A DNA stretch of 64,000 nucleotides from Macrostomum lignano (lineage: Eukaryota), in the NCBI GenBank assembly GCA_002269645.1, contig NIVC01000303.1, positions 441,819 to 505,818 of the forward strand. Reading direction: 5' to 3'. A program made the translations under genes and the position numbers. Position 1 is the first letter of the stretch. Every line of letters begins with the position of its first letter. The notes under the pieces are model-generated. The model worked only from the letters and a program-made list of their open reading frames with translations, was not told the DNA's origin and ran no database searches. Below, piece after piece: positions 37,111 through 50,389 of the stretch.

Positions 37111-37559
37111 ATGATTAGAACGGAACTTTGATAAGGTTGGGGTGGAAACTATGACTAAAGCGGAATTCAACGGCAACGAAAGATTTCATTAAAAGTCACG
37201 AGAAAAATAACTACATTCGCAAGAACGCAACGAGAAGTTGATAAATAAAAGTAACTTAAAAATATCACATCCTAAAGGGAATGCTTAGCGAAGGCAAATG
37301 GTGCAAACATCTTCTAGAAGACCCGTGACGCGTCACTGGGGCTGTGGAGTTCTCAGTTCGAGGATCGTTTTTTATTGATCTCAGCTGTGGGATGTCCAGA
37401 AAAAAGATGACTTCTTGTCGTGTGATAATTATCGAGATTGGCTGACTCGGCTCGGAAGAACTTAAAAGGAAACTTTAAGTAGTTTTAGTAAACTTTAAGT
37501 ACTTAAATAGTTTTAGACGCATTCCCAGGCTGGATAGAGGTCTTCACTAGTCGCGACTG

Positions 37560-38160
37560 AACAGCTTATATTCTGTCATTCGGTGCCTCACAACCGTATT
37601 CACACGCTTCGGGGTCAAGAGGTCGTCGTATCAGACAATGCGCTCGAGTTTACTATAGAGAGTCGCCCACCTCATGGTTGCGCATCAATGGTGCACGCGA
37701 GTTGGCATCACCGGCATACTACTCGCAAGCAAAAGTGGCAGCTGAAAGAATGTGCTCTGCATCATCGAATCTCTGCTTCGTCCTGAGAAGGCTGTCGCTC
37801 CAAAATAAATTTTGGAAGACGATTAAGTGTCCCGGTTGTGTCACAATTTGAGCAGGGTGACATCGTCATCTACACGCCAAACAGTTCTGCCGTCAGCAAT
37901 CCAGCATCTTTCGTCATGACGGCCGGCCGCAATTTGTGTGAATTCTGACTGAGGAGAATTAACCTTCCTTTCCCCATCACGAACCAAATTACCCCACGAG
38001 CCTCCCAATCGCCAGAAGTTACGTCGGAAGATGGGGAGAACCAGCGCCCTCTGGTCAACAGGGAGGATCAACCCTGCTCCTGAGGTCGGGACCCGGAAGA
38101 GGATATGCTCTTGTGAAGAGGTAGCACGAACCGAACCGCTCCTAATCGCTTTGAGCCCTA
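37560..38160 (+). mobile_element. Highly decayed Gypsy integrase relic
   Basis: VVVSDNALEFT and a C-terminal TNRTAPNRFEP-type tail. Confidence 0.55.
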
Positions 38161-38799
38161 AATTTTATTTTCTGTTCTACAAATTTCACTGTGGTTTTTA
38201 ATGAGTTCAACAGGTTTCAAAAAACTTTAATACGGCGACAATGACCTCCACTAGGAGAAGACATGTTGTGCCCTGAAGAATCTCTCTAACACCATTACAC
38301 GTTCTTTAATTTTTAGTCTTGATTCTTTAAGGTTGTATCTACAAATGATCCTAACTCTCAACAAAAGTCTCTAAGACTGGCAGCTAATTTCCTTCTCTTT
38401 CTTTCAGCGTCGATATGCCTATGCCACTTTAAGCTGCAAAGCTACGAGTAAGATGTAAGTTCAATCCACAACAAAATCTTTACAGAATGATGCTGAAAAG
38501 CCCTCTGCATACGTCATCAGGTAACGTCATCAAGTTTGTTGTCAAATAGTGCTGTCCAGCAAAATATAGAGCTGACGCTCTTGTCAAAAAGCTGTTAAAG
38601 ATTCAAAGCGAAAATTGCCAAAGATAAACTAAAGGAGCAGCATATCGACCCACCAATCCATCATTTCAGCTTTCTATCTGAAGCCATATTTCTTTGAGCT
38701 CAGTATTAGATTCTATACTCTGAAGCTACAGAAGCTTGAAAATGGTAAATCAGAGAGATTTTTGGCTAGCTATTGGCTATGTAGCTATTAATTATCAAG

Positions 38800-39600
38800 G
38801 CAGCAAAATCAGCATTGGAGTGCCTCAAGCACTTGCAGTTGAAGAACATCTACGAGAAGGAGACTGTGTCCGAAAGTCAAGTCTACAAAATCTTTGAGCA
38901 ACTGCATTCCGGCTATGATTGCTCAGACGGTCGCGGCCAAAATCAGGGACCGACTGTACGAACTACAGGCCTATTCTGATTGAGAAGGACAAACGTCTCA
39001 CGGTGAAGAGAACCTGATCCATGCTCTGCAGCTGGTTGGTAACTAAACTTATCACTGATGAGAATCGTGCTGAGCACGTCCGCTGTCGACACAAGTTTTT
39101 AATTGATTATCAGCGTTCAAAACGCTGATACGCTATTACAAACTTATCATAGATATTTAATGTTAGACCCACCCATTTGCCTGCACTAAAACAGCCACGC
39201 AGACAATGTGTGCCCTCTCTGTGTTAATTTATCTAGCTGCCTAACTATGCAAAAAGCAAATAAGATGGGTGGGGCGGAAAAATATCACGCCACCACCCAA
39301 CGCTGCCCCCGAGCACAATGTCGAGCATTATAAATACAATGCAATTGAAAGAGCCGAGGCTCTCCACTGCCGAGTTTGAGCTCAAAACTAAGAAAAGGAC
39401 TTATCTCAGTTCTTTGAAGCTTCTGTCTGTCGTGGCAGAGGGGTAGCAGGAGTGTAAGGTAGTTGGCGTGAGAGGCCTTTCAGAGACTACCGATAAACGA
39501 CCTGTTACATTGATGCAGAAGCCTAGCTTTCTGGACCGAATCATCACAGCCCATGAGATCTGGATGCACTATACGTCACCCCGGAGACAAGGACTCAGTG
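38800..39600 (+). mobile_element. Decayed mariner transposase
   Basis: LIEKDKRLTV, TDENRAEHV and FLDRIITAHEIWMHY, matching the mariner FLxRIVTGDETW motif. Confidence 0.6.
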
Positions 39601-41575
39601 GGTGACAAATCTTTCAGAATTGCACTGTCAAAAAACCGTCGCGCCATATACGACATCGGAAACTGGAAATGCAATCATTTGGAAACTTTCAAACACTAAG
39701 GAGTCATCATCGATATTTGCTGACAGAGTCGTCACCTAAATTGAAATTATCAGTGACTGATCGCAGGCCTTACGACTAACCGTCATTTACGATTAGGTGC
39801 CCATCGGAAGTGAAAACAATGACTATCTATCAGAGCAGTGTAACATTCATATCATCTACAATTATGTTATTGTGGCCATTTTGTGGGAAGAAGCAATTCA
39901 AATCAAGCTTTTCAAAAAGCAGCCTTTTAGCTCAACATAACAGACTTAGATATAACTTTTCGTAGCTAGCTCATTCGTACTCGCTCGTAAAATCATGCTG
40001 CAAAAAATCGGTTGAAATTGAGGATTTGCTGTCAGGCCGGTATTTCTAAACTGTATGGATTAAAAGCAGATAGGCAGACAACAAGTTATGCACCAATAAC
40101 CTGGGCTGTCTCGTGAGACTCAATTTGTATACTTGCACTCTCTTTGGCGACTCAAATTCTTCTCATTTTGAATATTTTAATAAAAATTAGAACAGAACTG
40201 TTGCGACAAACTGGCAAGAGGGTCACAGAAGTTTTTGACATCAATCATTCAGCATGCTCGTAATACGTGCTAAATATGCCTTTTTGATGAAAACTACTTC
40301 AAGACAGTTAGCAAGAGTAACAAAAAGACAACTTTTAAAGCAACTTTTGAATGTCAATTCAAAGATCAATTTCAACAAAAATAAAATCGACAAAAAACTA
40401 GAAAAAATCGGATTAGTGATCGCGATTCAAAGACGGAAGGAAAATACAGAGCCTGCAAATTTTATTGTAGGACGCGTCAATCATTTCAGTTTAGTTTTGT
40501 GACATACATGGAAGGTTCTGGTAATTTCCAGATGTCCAAAATTGGGAGTTTTTCCGTGTCTAAACATAGTAAGGACGGCATGGTTGCTCTATAAATTATT
40601 GTCTTGTTATTTCCGTATTTTGTCGTAAACGAGTGCGCACTAATTAATATAGTTATAGAAAGATATGGATAACTTATGATTATAATATAGTCCTAGATAG
40701 TCGGGAAGCTATAATCGAAAATGGACAGCTACTTTCTTTCAAATATCCAAGTTTGCCTACTGAGAGTAGCAAATAAAAAAACAATGAGGCAAAAAATGAC
40801 AAAATAAAAAAATTCTTTTTAATCCCTTTTTACAAAATAAGTGCAGTAATATATGTATATACAATCCAGCACTTTATCTTTAATAGCTTAAATGATTAGT
40901 CGGAAGTGGCTCAGTTGTCATGTGTATTGTCGACGAGAATGACCACACCGCACTTCTGAACAATTAACTATCTATCTATCTACTGAACGCCTTCTGTGAG
41001 TAGTTCGTGTACATACGAACGGAGGGATCTTTTTCATCTGAATTTCAGTGGCTTAATGTACGAGTATTCGCTCGAAAAGAAACCAAAGTTCGATGCTTCA
41101 TTATATTAGCTGCGTACATGTATATTGCTTCTGGAAATTCCATGCTGAAGGTTTTTGATATATTAGCAAAAACATTAAAAATAATGTAACTACATGTCAC
41201 GTATTGTTGTAGGGCTTCGAGTGTTCCAACACTAACGGAAATTGATAGGGACTGTAGATAGAGGCATAAAAATTGAACAGATAGATGTATAAAGTTACGA
41301 AATCGAAAGTAAAAACCAGCTGTGAATGTATGCACTATGCATGTACACACGTTTCAAATTTGTCATAATTCGCATTGTTCGACACATAAAGCTTTTTAAT
41401 TAGTCGCCAAAAGTACATCTGCAAGCCATTCCTGGCGCTTAACAAGACCGCCCTTTGTGCTACGCCAACTATAATTACCAGGAGGGGTTAAAAATTTGTC
41501 AAGTTTAATATTCCGAATTCAATTAGGCGAGATTAACAGTAGGAATGCCAAGCCATTTTTCCGCCCGTCGAACTA

Positions 41576-42190
41576 CCAAGAGGGGTGAAAATTCCCCCCC
41601 CCCCCCGGACAATTTTTTGTTGCGCCGTATTGGAGCAACGCAGGCACACGAAATCCAAGAACACGCGCTAACTTTTTGTGTCGCACCTTCTTGATTCGAT
41701 TCATTGAAACAAGAATCGACAAGAATAAATAAGATCAAGATCTGTCGATTCTTGAAACAAGAATCAGGTCACTAGCCTACACCCAGGTGGAGCTTCTGGA
41801 TCTTCAACAGGTGGCACCAGGTGACTATGGACACGCTTTTGCACATTTTTCTAGTTTCGCTGATCAAGCCTCGACAGTGGGCAAAAATCAACTGCTGGTT
41901 GCTAAATCCTCAGCTAGTCTCTCGAGCATTCCGTCATCTGATGCAGACACATGTGGTCGACGTGCTGATGAAATTTGGAGACTTGGCAAGGCTGCACAGA
42001 GGCGCAGTGCTGATTGGCGCACAGGGGTGTACTGAATACACTAGCGCTTGTGGGAAAAATCAGACCTTCTGGCAGAATCATCGAATATCTCGACGGTCTG
42101 GACTCTGGAGGGCTGGCGACTTGATTCTTGTTTGAGAAGGTGCGCAAAAAATAATTGTCTGGCGGGGGGGGGAATTTTTCACCCCCTTGG
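41576..42190. mobile_element. MITE-like element with ~50-bp imperfect TIRs, flanked by TA
   Basis: CCAAGAGGGGTGAAAATTCCCC..GGACAATTTTTTGTTGCGC versus GCGCAAAAAATAATTGTCTGG..GGAATTTTTCACCCCCTTGG. Confidence 0.7.
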
Positions 42191-42928
42191 TAGGTATTGT
42201 TAAACGGTTTTTTAAAGAATTCGGGTTCATTTAAATACTCGTAGAAGAGATTGGCATCATATAGATTTCTGAGGAACCAAAAGCCCTAGGAGTAGGACAT
42301 ACATGTACTGTACATGCAGTACTCGATAGGACTTCTAAAGATAATTAATTTGGGAATTTGGGATCTCAAAAAATTTGATAAAGGGATCGTGGGACTTTTC
42401 TGTCCGCAGAGGCAGATACACTGTACCTGTGGACTCAGGACTGGCGTTAAAATTTTGGAGCGATGTCTCATTACCAAATTAGGCCAGCTGGTTTCTAGTG
42501 GCGTCGTATTTTTGGTTTGGATATGAGCGCCCCTGTCATCATGGGTGCACGCCTCGACCGTCTCTTAAGCCGGCGGATGCTTTTAGAGCTCGATTTTGTG
42601 GCCCCCTCTGCCCCCCTTTGTGCGCGCCATATATTGCTGTCAATTGCTACATATGTTTTACAGTATTTCTGTCATTTATTGTTCCTCCTGCTAATATATC
42701 AGTGTTTACCCAATCGCTATCTCCTTTTTTCATATCGATCTTTCTGCGATGGAAACATGTATAAATCTGGCAGGCAAAAGTTCGCAAGCGAAAACTCGAT
42801 CTGTAAAAAACCAAAGTTCAACTTCTAGGTGGCTTCCAATTAAGAAACGCGGCAAAACAGCTGATGCTGTATCATGGACGGCCGCAATTCTACGTAGACA
42901 GTGCATGGATACACATGTAGCTCGTATA

Positions 42929-43543
42929 TACTCAGCAACAGCTAAACCCCCCCCCCAACTCACGCTGTCACACGGGCACAAAAGTTAAGCAATGTCTTTA
43001 ATTCCAGTCTCAGTATCGTGTGTAGGAACCACGAGCATGCAAAAGTGCCGTGACTCGTCGTGGCATCCTGATCACCAGCCGGTTGATGAACTCTTGGGGC
43101 AGCTGCTGCCAGGCATTCAGCACCGCCAGTCGCAACTGTTCAGCATTCTGTGGGGCATCCTGCTGAACTCTTCGCTTTACAAAGTCCCAGACATGCTCGA
43201 TGGGGTTCATGTCTGGAGACTTTGACGGCCAGTTCAATGTGCGAATGCCGAGCTGCTCCTTCAGCAGCTGCACGTGTGCTGCTCGATGTGGCGCAGCGTT
43301 GTCGTCTTGAAGCATGCAGTTCTGCGGGCCGCCAAAGGTTGTCGTAGCAAATGGCAGAAACTTTGCAGCAATGCAGCCACCAGTGGGTTGAGTTGCGCCA
43401 CCCCCTCCCCAAATCCCCCATGCCGCACTTTGCGCTCGCGTCTGGCGGCGGCAGCCTTCACACATTTATGAGTCACCGATGGCATACAAAACTTTTAGGC
43501 CGTGTGACAGCGTGAGTGGGGGGTTTTTAGCTGTTGCTGAGTA
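42929..43543 (-). mobile_element. Internally deleted Tc1 element retaining the C-terminal part of the DDE transposase
   Basis: ~55-bp TIRs (TACTCAGCAACAGCTAAA..CTCACGCTGTCACACGG), TA TSD, and QDDNAAPH..WPSKSPDMNPIEHVW..MPRRV..RGSYTRY. Confidence 0.93.
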
Positions 43544-44483
43544 TATTAAGAAATCGCCTACTGAAAACTAGCAAGCAATTGTAATTAATGTGAATCTAAT
43601 GCTTGTATAATAAGCCTGCGCATTGATACATGTACATGTATAGTTAAATAGAACTGCGAAAACGTGTCCTATATACGTCTACAATACATTACGTTTGGAG
43701 GCAGAGTTTTTCGTGTGATCGCACGGCTCGTACACATTTTAGTCGCTTTATTTGTACATCAGTTTGTGTGATTCGATGACTTCATTGGTGGGTACTATGA
43801 ACGAGACTTCAAGAGCTAAGAGGCAAAAACGTACATAAGTGCGGTGATGGAGTCAAATGCAGATGTATTTACTCAATAATGGACTGAATAGCTTTCTTAT
43901 AGAAATACGGCAATCTGTTTGATTTTTTTACAACCAGTATGGCGTGGTATCGACATAGAAGTGCATGTACATTAACAGCCTTTGACGCCATGCACTTCTC
44001 TCAGTGGATTTACTGAGGATTAGGAGGTGATCTATACTTAGTCCAAGGACAACTCACGTAGAAGGACGGATAGCCTCAGTTCTTTGGAAATTTTAAGAGG
44101 CAGGTTATACCGAAAAAATACACTACGGAGATTGGAAGTTTTCAGTTTTACAGCACAAAGTTAAAAATTGTTATTGCTTTCGATAGGAGGCAGACCCAGT
44201 GCTCATCTTTTGATATCTTGTGCCTTTCTTATTTTTCTATTGATATTCATAGAGCTTTTCGTTCAGAAAATTAAGATTCTATATATTCATAAAAAGCATT
44301 CATAAATTTTCAAATAATCGAACAATCACTGGTCGAGCAATTTAATTTGTGTTCAAAGGAATTGAAGCCAGTTTATCTTGTTGATAGGCAAAATACAGGC
44401 ATGTTATACATAGATATACAGCTACAAATTCGAATTATGATTTGATGAATCGAGCACAGTAAGGTTATGAAAATCAATAACTA

Positions 44484-44730
44484 TTAAGACAGTTTGTCAG
44501 AAAAAATCCCTAAGCTTGAAGCACAAGTACTGGGATCATTCGTGAGCGTCATCGCTGGCAGCGGGGGCTGGCTGCTGCTGTTGCTGCTGCTGCCAATTCG
44601 GCACGCTTGGTCCGCCAAGCTGCTGCAGATCCTCCGGGAGAGAAGCAGCCGCTGCACCGACTCCACAGCCTGCCGGGTCTTCGCCTGCTCGCCCTCGACG
44701 AAGCTGAGCATGTTGACCACCTGGTCCAGT
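44484..44730 (-). CDS. Terminal coding exon of an unidentified gene (coiled-coil-like, Ser-rich tail)
   Basis: Acceptor CTTACAG then A-CTG-GAC-CAG gives (K)LDQVVNMLSFVEGEQAKTRQAVESVQRLLL..KLS*. The phase matches the donor at 45164. Confidence 0.6.
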
Positions 44731-44839
44731 CTGTAAGCGGGACGTCGGTACAGGACTGTGACTCACTGAGAAATGGGCACTGCGTCTGGGAGGGTGGAGG
44801 ACCAGTCTGGGATCGATTAAGGTAGGGGATCAGCAAGTG

Positions 44840-45105
44840 AAGATCTGGGAGGCTGGCCTAGCAACTGACACTTTGGGAGGCTGGCCCAGCAACTGACACT
44901 CTGGGAGGCTGGCCCAGCAACTGAGGATCTGGGAGGCTGGCCCAGCAACTGAGGATCTGGGAGGCTGGCCCAGCAACTGAGGATCTGGGAGGCTGGCCCA
45001 GCAACTGAGGATCTGGGAGGCTGGCCCAGCAACTGAGGATCTGGGAGGCTGGCTCAGCAACTAAGGATCTGTGAGGCTGGCTCGGAAACTGAGGATCTGA
45101 GTAGG
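44840..45105. repeat. 28-bp intronic minisatellite, ~9 copies
   Basis: Unit GGGAGGCTGGCCCAGCAACTGAGGATCT. Confidence 0.93.
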
Positions 45106-45164
45106 TTTAGAGAGAAATTGCTTAAACAGGTATTAAACTCGGCCATCATTGCCCATAAACACAC

Positions 45165-45333
45165 TTGCTCTGCAGGTGGGCCAGTTTTTCCCCAGCCTCT
45201 CGCTGTGCCACGGCCACAGTGCAGATCTTGGCAAACAGCTCGTGCACTGTGGGCCCGCCAAGGATTGATGCCAGATTGCGCCAGGATCTGCGCAATCGGC
45301 GGCGCATTAAGAAAACTAGAATCGCTAAAGCGC
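45165..45333 (-). CDS. Internal exon: end of a transmembrane helix, basic stop-transfer, helical cytosolic region
   Basis: TTTGGACAG|GC-ALAILVFLMRRRLRRSWRNLASILGG..EKLAHLQS-AA|GTGTGT. It splices in frame to 44730. Confidence 0.6.
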
Positions 45334-48119
45334 CTGTCCAAAACAGGCTTAAACGAGCTCGCCTTGTCAGAGCCTGGAATATTTGTACGTTTAATTGGGA
45401 CTTTTAATTGATATTATGCTATAATTGACATATAGACAATTTCTGCAGTCTAGAAAAGAACTTTATAGAGTTGCTGAAATTTCATATCTAATTTTTGTAA
45501 GCTTCTGTTGTGCCATGCTGCATCCCTATTTTTCTCTCCCTCTCTATGGTTGAGCCCATGAGCCAGTGGTTCAGGCAGCTGTTTCCTATACTATGCTACA
45601 ATCTGGCCTACGCTCTACCCACTCTCCTTCCATGTTGATTTTGCGCCTAACCCCAGTTTTCTTTCTGTCCTGTGCCTTCTACCTCCAGAGACTCCTGATT
45701 GGCTGGCTGAGGGAGGGGGTGGGTTTGCTGTGGCTGTCAACCCATCCCCTGTACCTCCTCCCTCTGCTATGCTATTTGAAGTGCACCCTTCTCCCAACCC
45801 ATTTTTCCACCACGAACCCTCTCTTTTGTTCTCATGTGACTGTGCAAAAGCAGTGCTCTACAGTTAAGGTAAATACATTGGACATTGTGGCTAGCAAACC
45901 ATAGGCGGTTGTGCACTTTTATGGAACTTTTGCAGCATTAGGCAGGACCTAGGCATCTCCTAGCTGGGTGTCTTTCCTTCTAGCTCCTACCATTGGTGAC
46001 CTAGGGGTTGCTAATAGCTTTGGACATGATAGGTTTCTATTTAACCTATTTCTAACCTAAGAAGTGAAGATTAAACTTTATTAAGATCCCTAAGTCATTA
46101 AAATTATTAAAATAAACAAAAGAAAACAAAATATTAAAGTTTTTTTCTATTTTTAAAATGACCCTTGATTAAATTATATTTAAAAAGGCTATAGAAAAAT
46201 GAATATTTTGTTTTGCTTGAAGTTCAGAATAAGAAACTAACCAAGAAGGTGAGTAAAAAATATTGATAAAAATGATAGGAATTATTGACATTGTATGGTA
46301 ACAAGTTTAATAATATTTACAAACTATGCATAGGCCCTAGTATAAAATGCTACATTTTATTTTTTAAGCTAGAATATTTAAAATGAACAACCTTTACACT
46401 CTAATACCGGGTACAAACTCACTATAAAAGAAAATGAATACAGACAGAATAACTATAAAAATAGCACAAATAGTTAGCCAATTGGAATTTGAAATGTGTT
46501 ACGCAAGTTTGATAAATGAGGTTTCAATCATTGTATCATTTGCTTTAGGATATTAGCTGAAACATCATTATAAGCATACATGTATTTTGATAAAATGCAA
46601 AATCTTTAGGTTTTGACTTAAGTCTTATGGTAACCTATGTTATAAAATTTTGTTCCTAGAAAGTTAATAATTAATCTTTAGTTTTATTATTAGTGTTATA
46701 TAGTCTTCAATATATAAGCTAAATACTAACTTTTGATTTCATAAACATTGAAATATATATCTTTATAATAAAAAAGTAGGACATAGGTAGTTCATAGCAG
46801 TTTTTATGTCTCTAGGTCAAGTCCTAGAAAATGCCAACATTGTAATTACCAAATATTTGTCACTACTATCATTATAGATTAAATTATAAGCTAGAACCAC
46901 TAGTAGATCTAGGTAGGGGGATCAAAGGGGTAGGGCTAGTTGGCTAACCTTTTTTCAAGAAAATATATCCTATGTCCTAAATAACAGTAAAAATTTACAA
47001 ATCAAATCTCTTTGATCTTATCTAACAAGATTTTTAAATAAGATTATATTAGTTACTTCTATGGCTTAATCAAGCTTTTTTATAAATATATTTTAGCTCA
47101 TAGAGCAGCAGCTCTTTCATTGATAGAAAGCATTATTAGCAATTATTAGCTCTAGGCCTATTATTAGCAATAGCAAATAGGCCTAGCCACTTAAAAGAAT
47201 GGCTATTGTTATTATTATAGTGACTATACAAATAGTTTGCAACAAAAAGGGTCCTTTATTGTTGCAACATATTTCTAATAATGTCAGGTATATATATTAT
47301 AAGTAAATTTGTTTTTCTAGCATATACTTGAATTTATAGTATGGAAGGAGGTCTTTTTCTGGTGTACCAATAACAGATTTGAGAGTGTAGGGCCTAAGGG
47401 TCTATAGGCCTATATATTGCCTATGAAGTTTTTATCTAGCCTAACATTTTTATTAATACTAGGCCCCTAATAGGTAAGGCCTAAACTATTATTATATAAG
47501 CTTCAATAATATAACTTTGTTTTAATATTAGAACTCATTTCTATAAACAAGACAAACAAAAGTTGAATTTAAGTTGAATATTAGGTCAATATATAAGTTG
47601 AATTTTTATAAATCATTTCGAATTATTTCATTAAATTTAATTCATAGAATTATAAACGAGTGGAAATCTTCCTTTAGGGAGAAAGGGGAAGAACTCCCAT
47701 CACTAGAATTCCATTCCCTGAAATATACATCAGCTAAAATTCTATGATTTGAATCCTATCTTCCAAATAATCTCCTAATCCTCTATAAAGCCTTTTAAAT
47801 ACCATATCTTGTTTTCCCTATTTACAAAAACTGACTGCCATTGTCCAGGCTTAGACTCTTCTGTCTTCTCTTTCCTCTTTGCTCTTATCTCAGCTAATAC
47901 TCTTGGCCCAACTAATACACAAGGTCAATAATAAAACCAATTGAATCTCAATATATAGTCATATTTATCTGCTTACACTGTATAACTGTTATGTATACTC
48001 AGCCCAAGCCCAACCCCCCTGTTCTGGGGGAACATTAAATTTAATTATGCCCCAACATGGGGGGTTATTTGCCTTGAATGTTTTTATTAGAGGCAGGGGG
48101 GTTGTATGCACCCTGGTGC

Positions 48120-48395
48120 ACTTTAAGCGACATAGGCACATAACTGGCGAGAGGCATTACTGCCTATTCTGCTGACTCCCCTGAGCAGGCATACAAGCAT
48201 GCGGATACGCACGCAGGCACACACTCACACAGGTGTGTACAGCGGCCCTAACTTTATTTTATCGTTAGGTATGTATACATTTCAGAGCCAAGCTGAGATT
48301 CCAATTCAGCCCCAAATTAATGTGACTGTGCTTGGAATCGAGCCTGGGTCTCTGGCACACCAAAGCCTACGCTAGACTGCTGGGCTACGGCCCCC
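48120..48395 (-). mobile_element. tRNA-derived SINE
   Basis: Minus-strand head GGGGGCCGTAGCCCAGCAGTCTAGCG with a B-box-like GGCTCGATTCC. The body (48170-48275) resembles 11700-11833 and 29760-29889. Confidence 0.55.
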
Positions 48396-50389
48396 TTTTG
48401 TCTTGAATATAGAAAATGTACACTTATCCCCCCCAACACATAGCAACCTACAGGTAGAGGTTGGGGTGGATTTTTTTATAGAAAACAACCCCTCTACTGA
48501 AGAGGCAAGTGGCTACAGTAAGGCCAAAGAAGGTTAAAAAATCAGTTTTCTACTTTTTAGGGATGTTAAAATGTAAAAATCAAAAATTAAAATAGCCTAA
48601 AGCCAATTCTAGAAAATGTACAGTTTTCCTATATAAGTTTCAATACTGAGTTGCAAGTAGCCTAGGAGTTACAATACAAACATACAAATAGCACATCAGT
48701 TTTAGTATACTGAATATTGACAATGTAATAAGTATTAAAAATCAATTATATAATCATAATATTTTTTATTATGCCCTATATATATGAACTTATCATAAGA
48801 CTAAGAGTAGGTCTAGTCAAATAGGCCCTACCAATAGCACCAAGGCCAAGGGTGCCTTAGCTACAAAGAAGAAAAGAAGAAAGGAAATGAAAGAAGACAA
48901 AGATAAAACATAAGAGAACAAGTATTTGAAATCATAGAACTGAGACAATGCATCTTGTAATAATTTAGCTACCATTTTTATAGTATAATTATCCTAATAT
49001 TTATGTTTCTTAGAAAATTGGCATTTAAATCTGTGCTAAAATCTTTTTAAAATTCTTTTATTTAGGCCCTACCCTAACTGTTGTGATTTCCAAAATTTTT
49101 TTGCAAGTAACTTTTGTTTTAAATGACAATTCTACTAGTATAAATAAAAGGCCAAGGAAAGCTAAAAAACTCATCTCACTATATGCTCCTATTTGCAAGC
49201 AACTTTAATAAGCTTTTCACTAAATCTTTAAGCAGCTTTTTAATTTGGCTTATTCATTTCTTGAGAACTAAGTCTAAGAACCCCAAATTGGAAGAGTTAG
49301 GCCTAAGATCCACTAGAAAGCAAAAATTACCTTAGAATAATAAATTGCCTTAGACTAGAGGCTAGAGCAATAAATTGCCTTAGAGCTATAAGCCTATAAA
49401 TTGCCTTAGGATAATTAAACATTTAAAAGTCATAACCCTGTAATCTTAGGGATGCCCAAGACTAAAAGAAGAACCTTTTAAATAGAAAGAGTAATAGAAG
49501 TATAAGAATAGGATAGATACTGCCATCTGCTCAGGCCAGAAATAGACATTCTATTAGTAGATAAATATATGTACTACTAGTAAAAGTTTAGCTTAGTAAT
49601 AGTACATTTATAACTAGAAAACAAAGAGCAGCTTGCAGTTATAAATATAAACTTTGGTTTTGGTAATAGCCTAGCAATGAGATCATTTCAAAGGATAGAA
49701 CTTAGCCCTAGAAAAACTTTTGGTGGCATTAGTAGAATTACTCTAGAAGTTAGAAGTAACCCCTATATCAACTTTGGTAGCTAACTGGTGGGATTTCTTA
49801 ACTTGCAGGAAATACACCTAGGCCTGCCCTAAGACAAAACTTTTATCTTAATAGAATGTAGTTTTTAATATTAGGCTAGGGGCCTAGGCCCTAGCCTAGT
49901 TAGGGCTTAATTGTTTTTTATAGTTTATTAAACCATTATAAATTTATATCATAGGCCTAAAGAAGTAGAAGGTTGAAGGTAAGGTAAGCATAGGTGAGGT
50001 TGGGTCTAGGAAATGGCGCATGACCAAGATGGCCACACACCAAGATGGCCACAGCTCTGAATGGCTGCTTGGATAGGAATAGGTCTATATATTTCCTCAT
50101 TTCCTATTGGCTGTGATTGGGGTGGGGTATGACGTAGCTTCAAGTCTCGGAGAAGACAGATTTCGTTAGTGAAATTAGACTAAGTAAAACAAAAAACACT
50201 TCCCTTTACAGCAGGTATTACTACCTACTAAAGCTAGTAGCACTACTAGCTCAAGACATTTGATTTTTGTATCATGGATAATAGTTTCAAACGTATCTCA
50301 ATATACTAAAACTGACGTGTTGTTTATATATGTTAAAAGTTAAAGGTAGAGGGTAAAGGTATTAGTTATGATAGAAGTAAGCAAAAATT

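Noticed and set aside
46223-46248. Plus-strand micro-exon (AG..AAG|GTGAGT)
   Set aside because: It has a good donor but no partner exons or recognisable product nearby.
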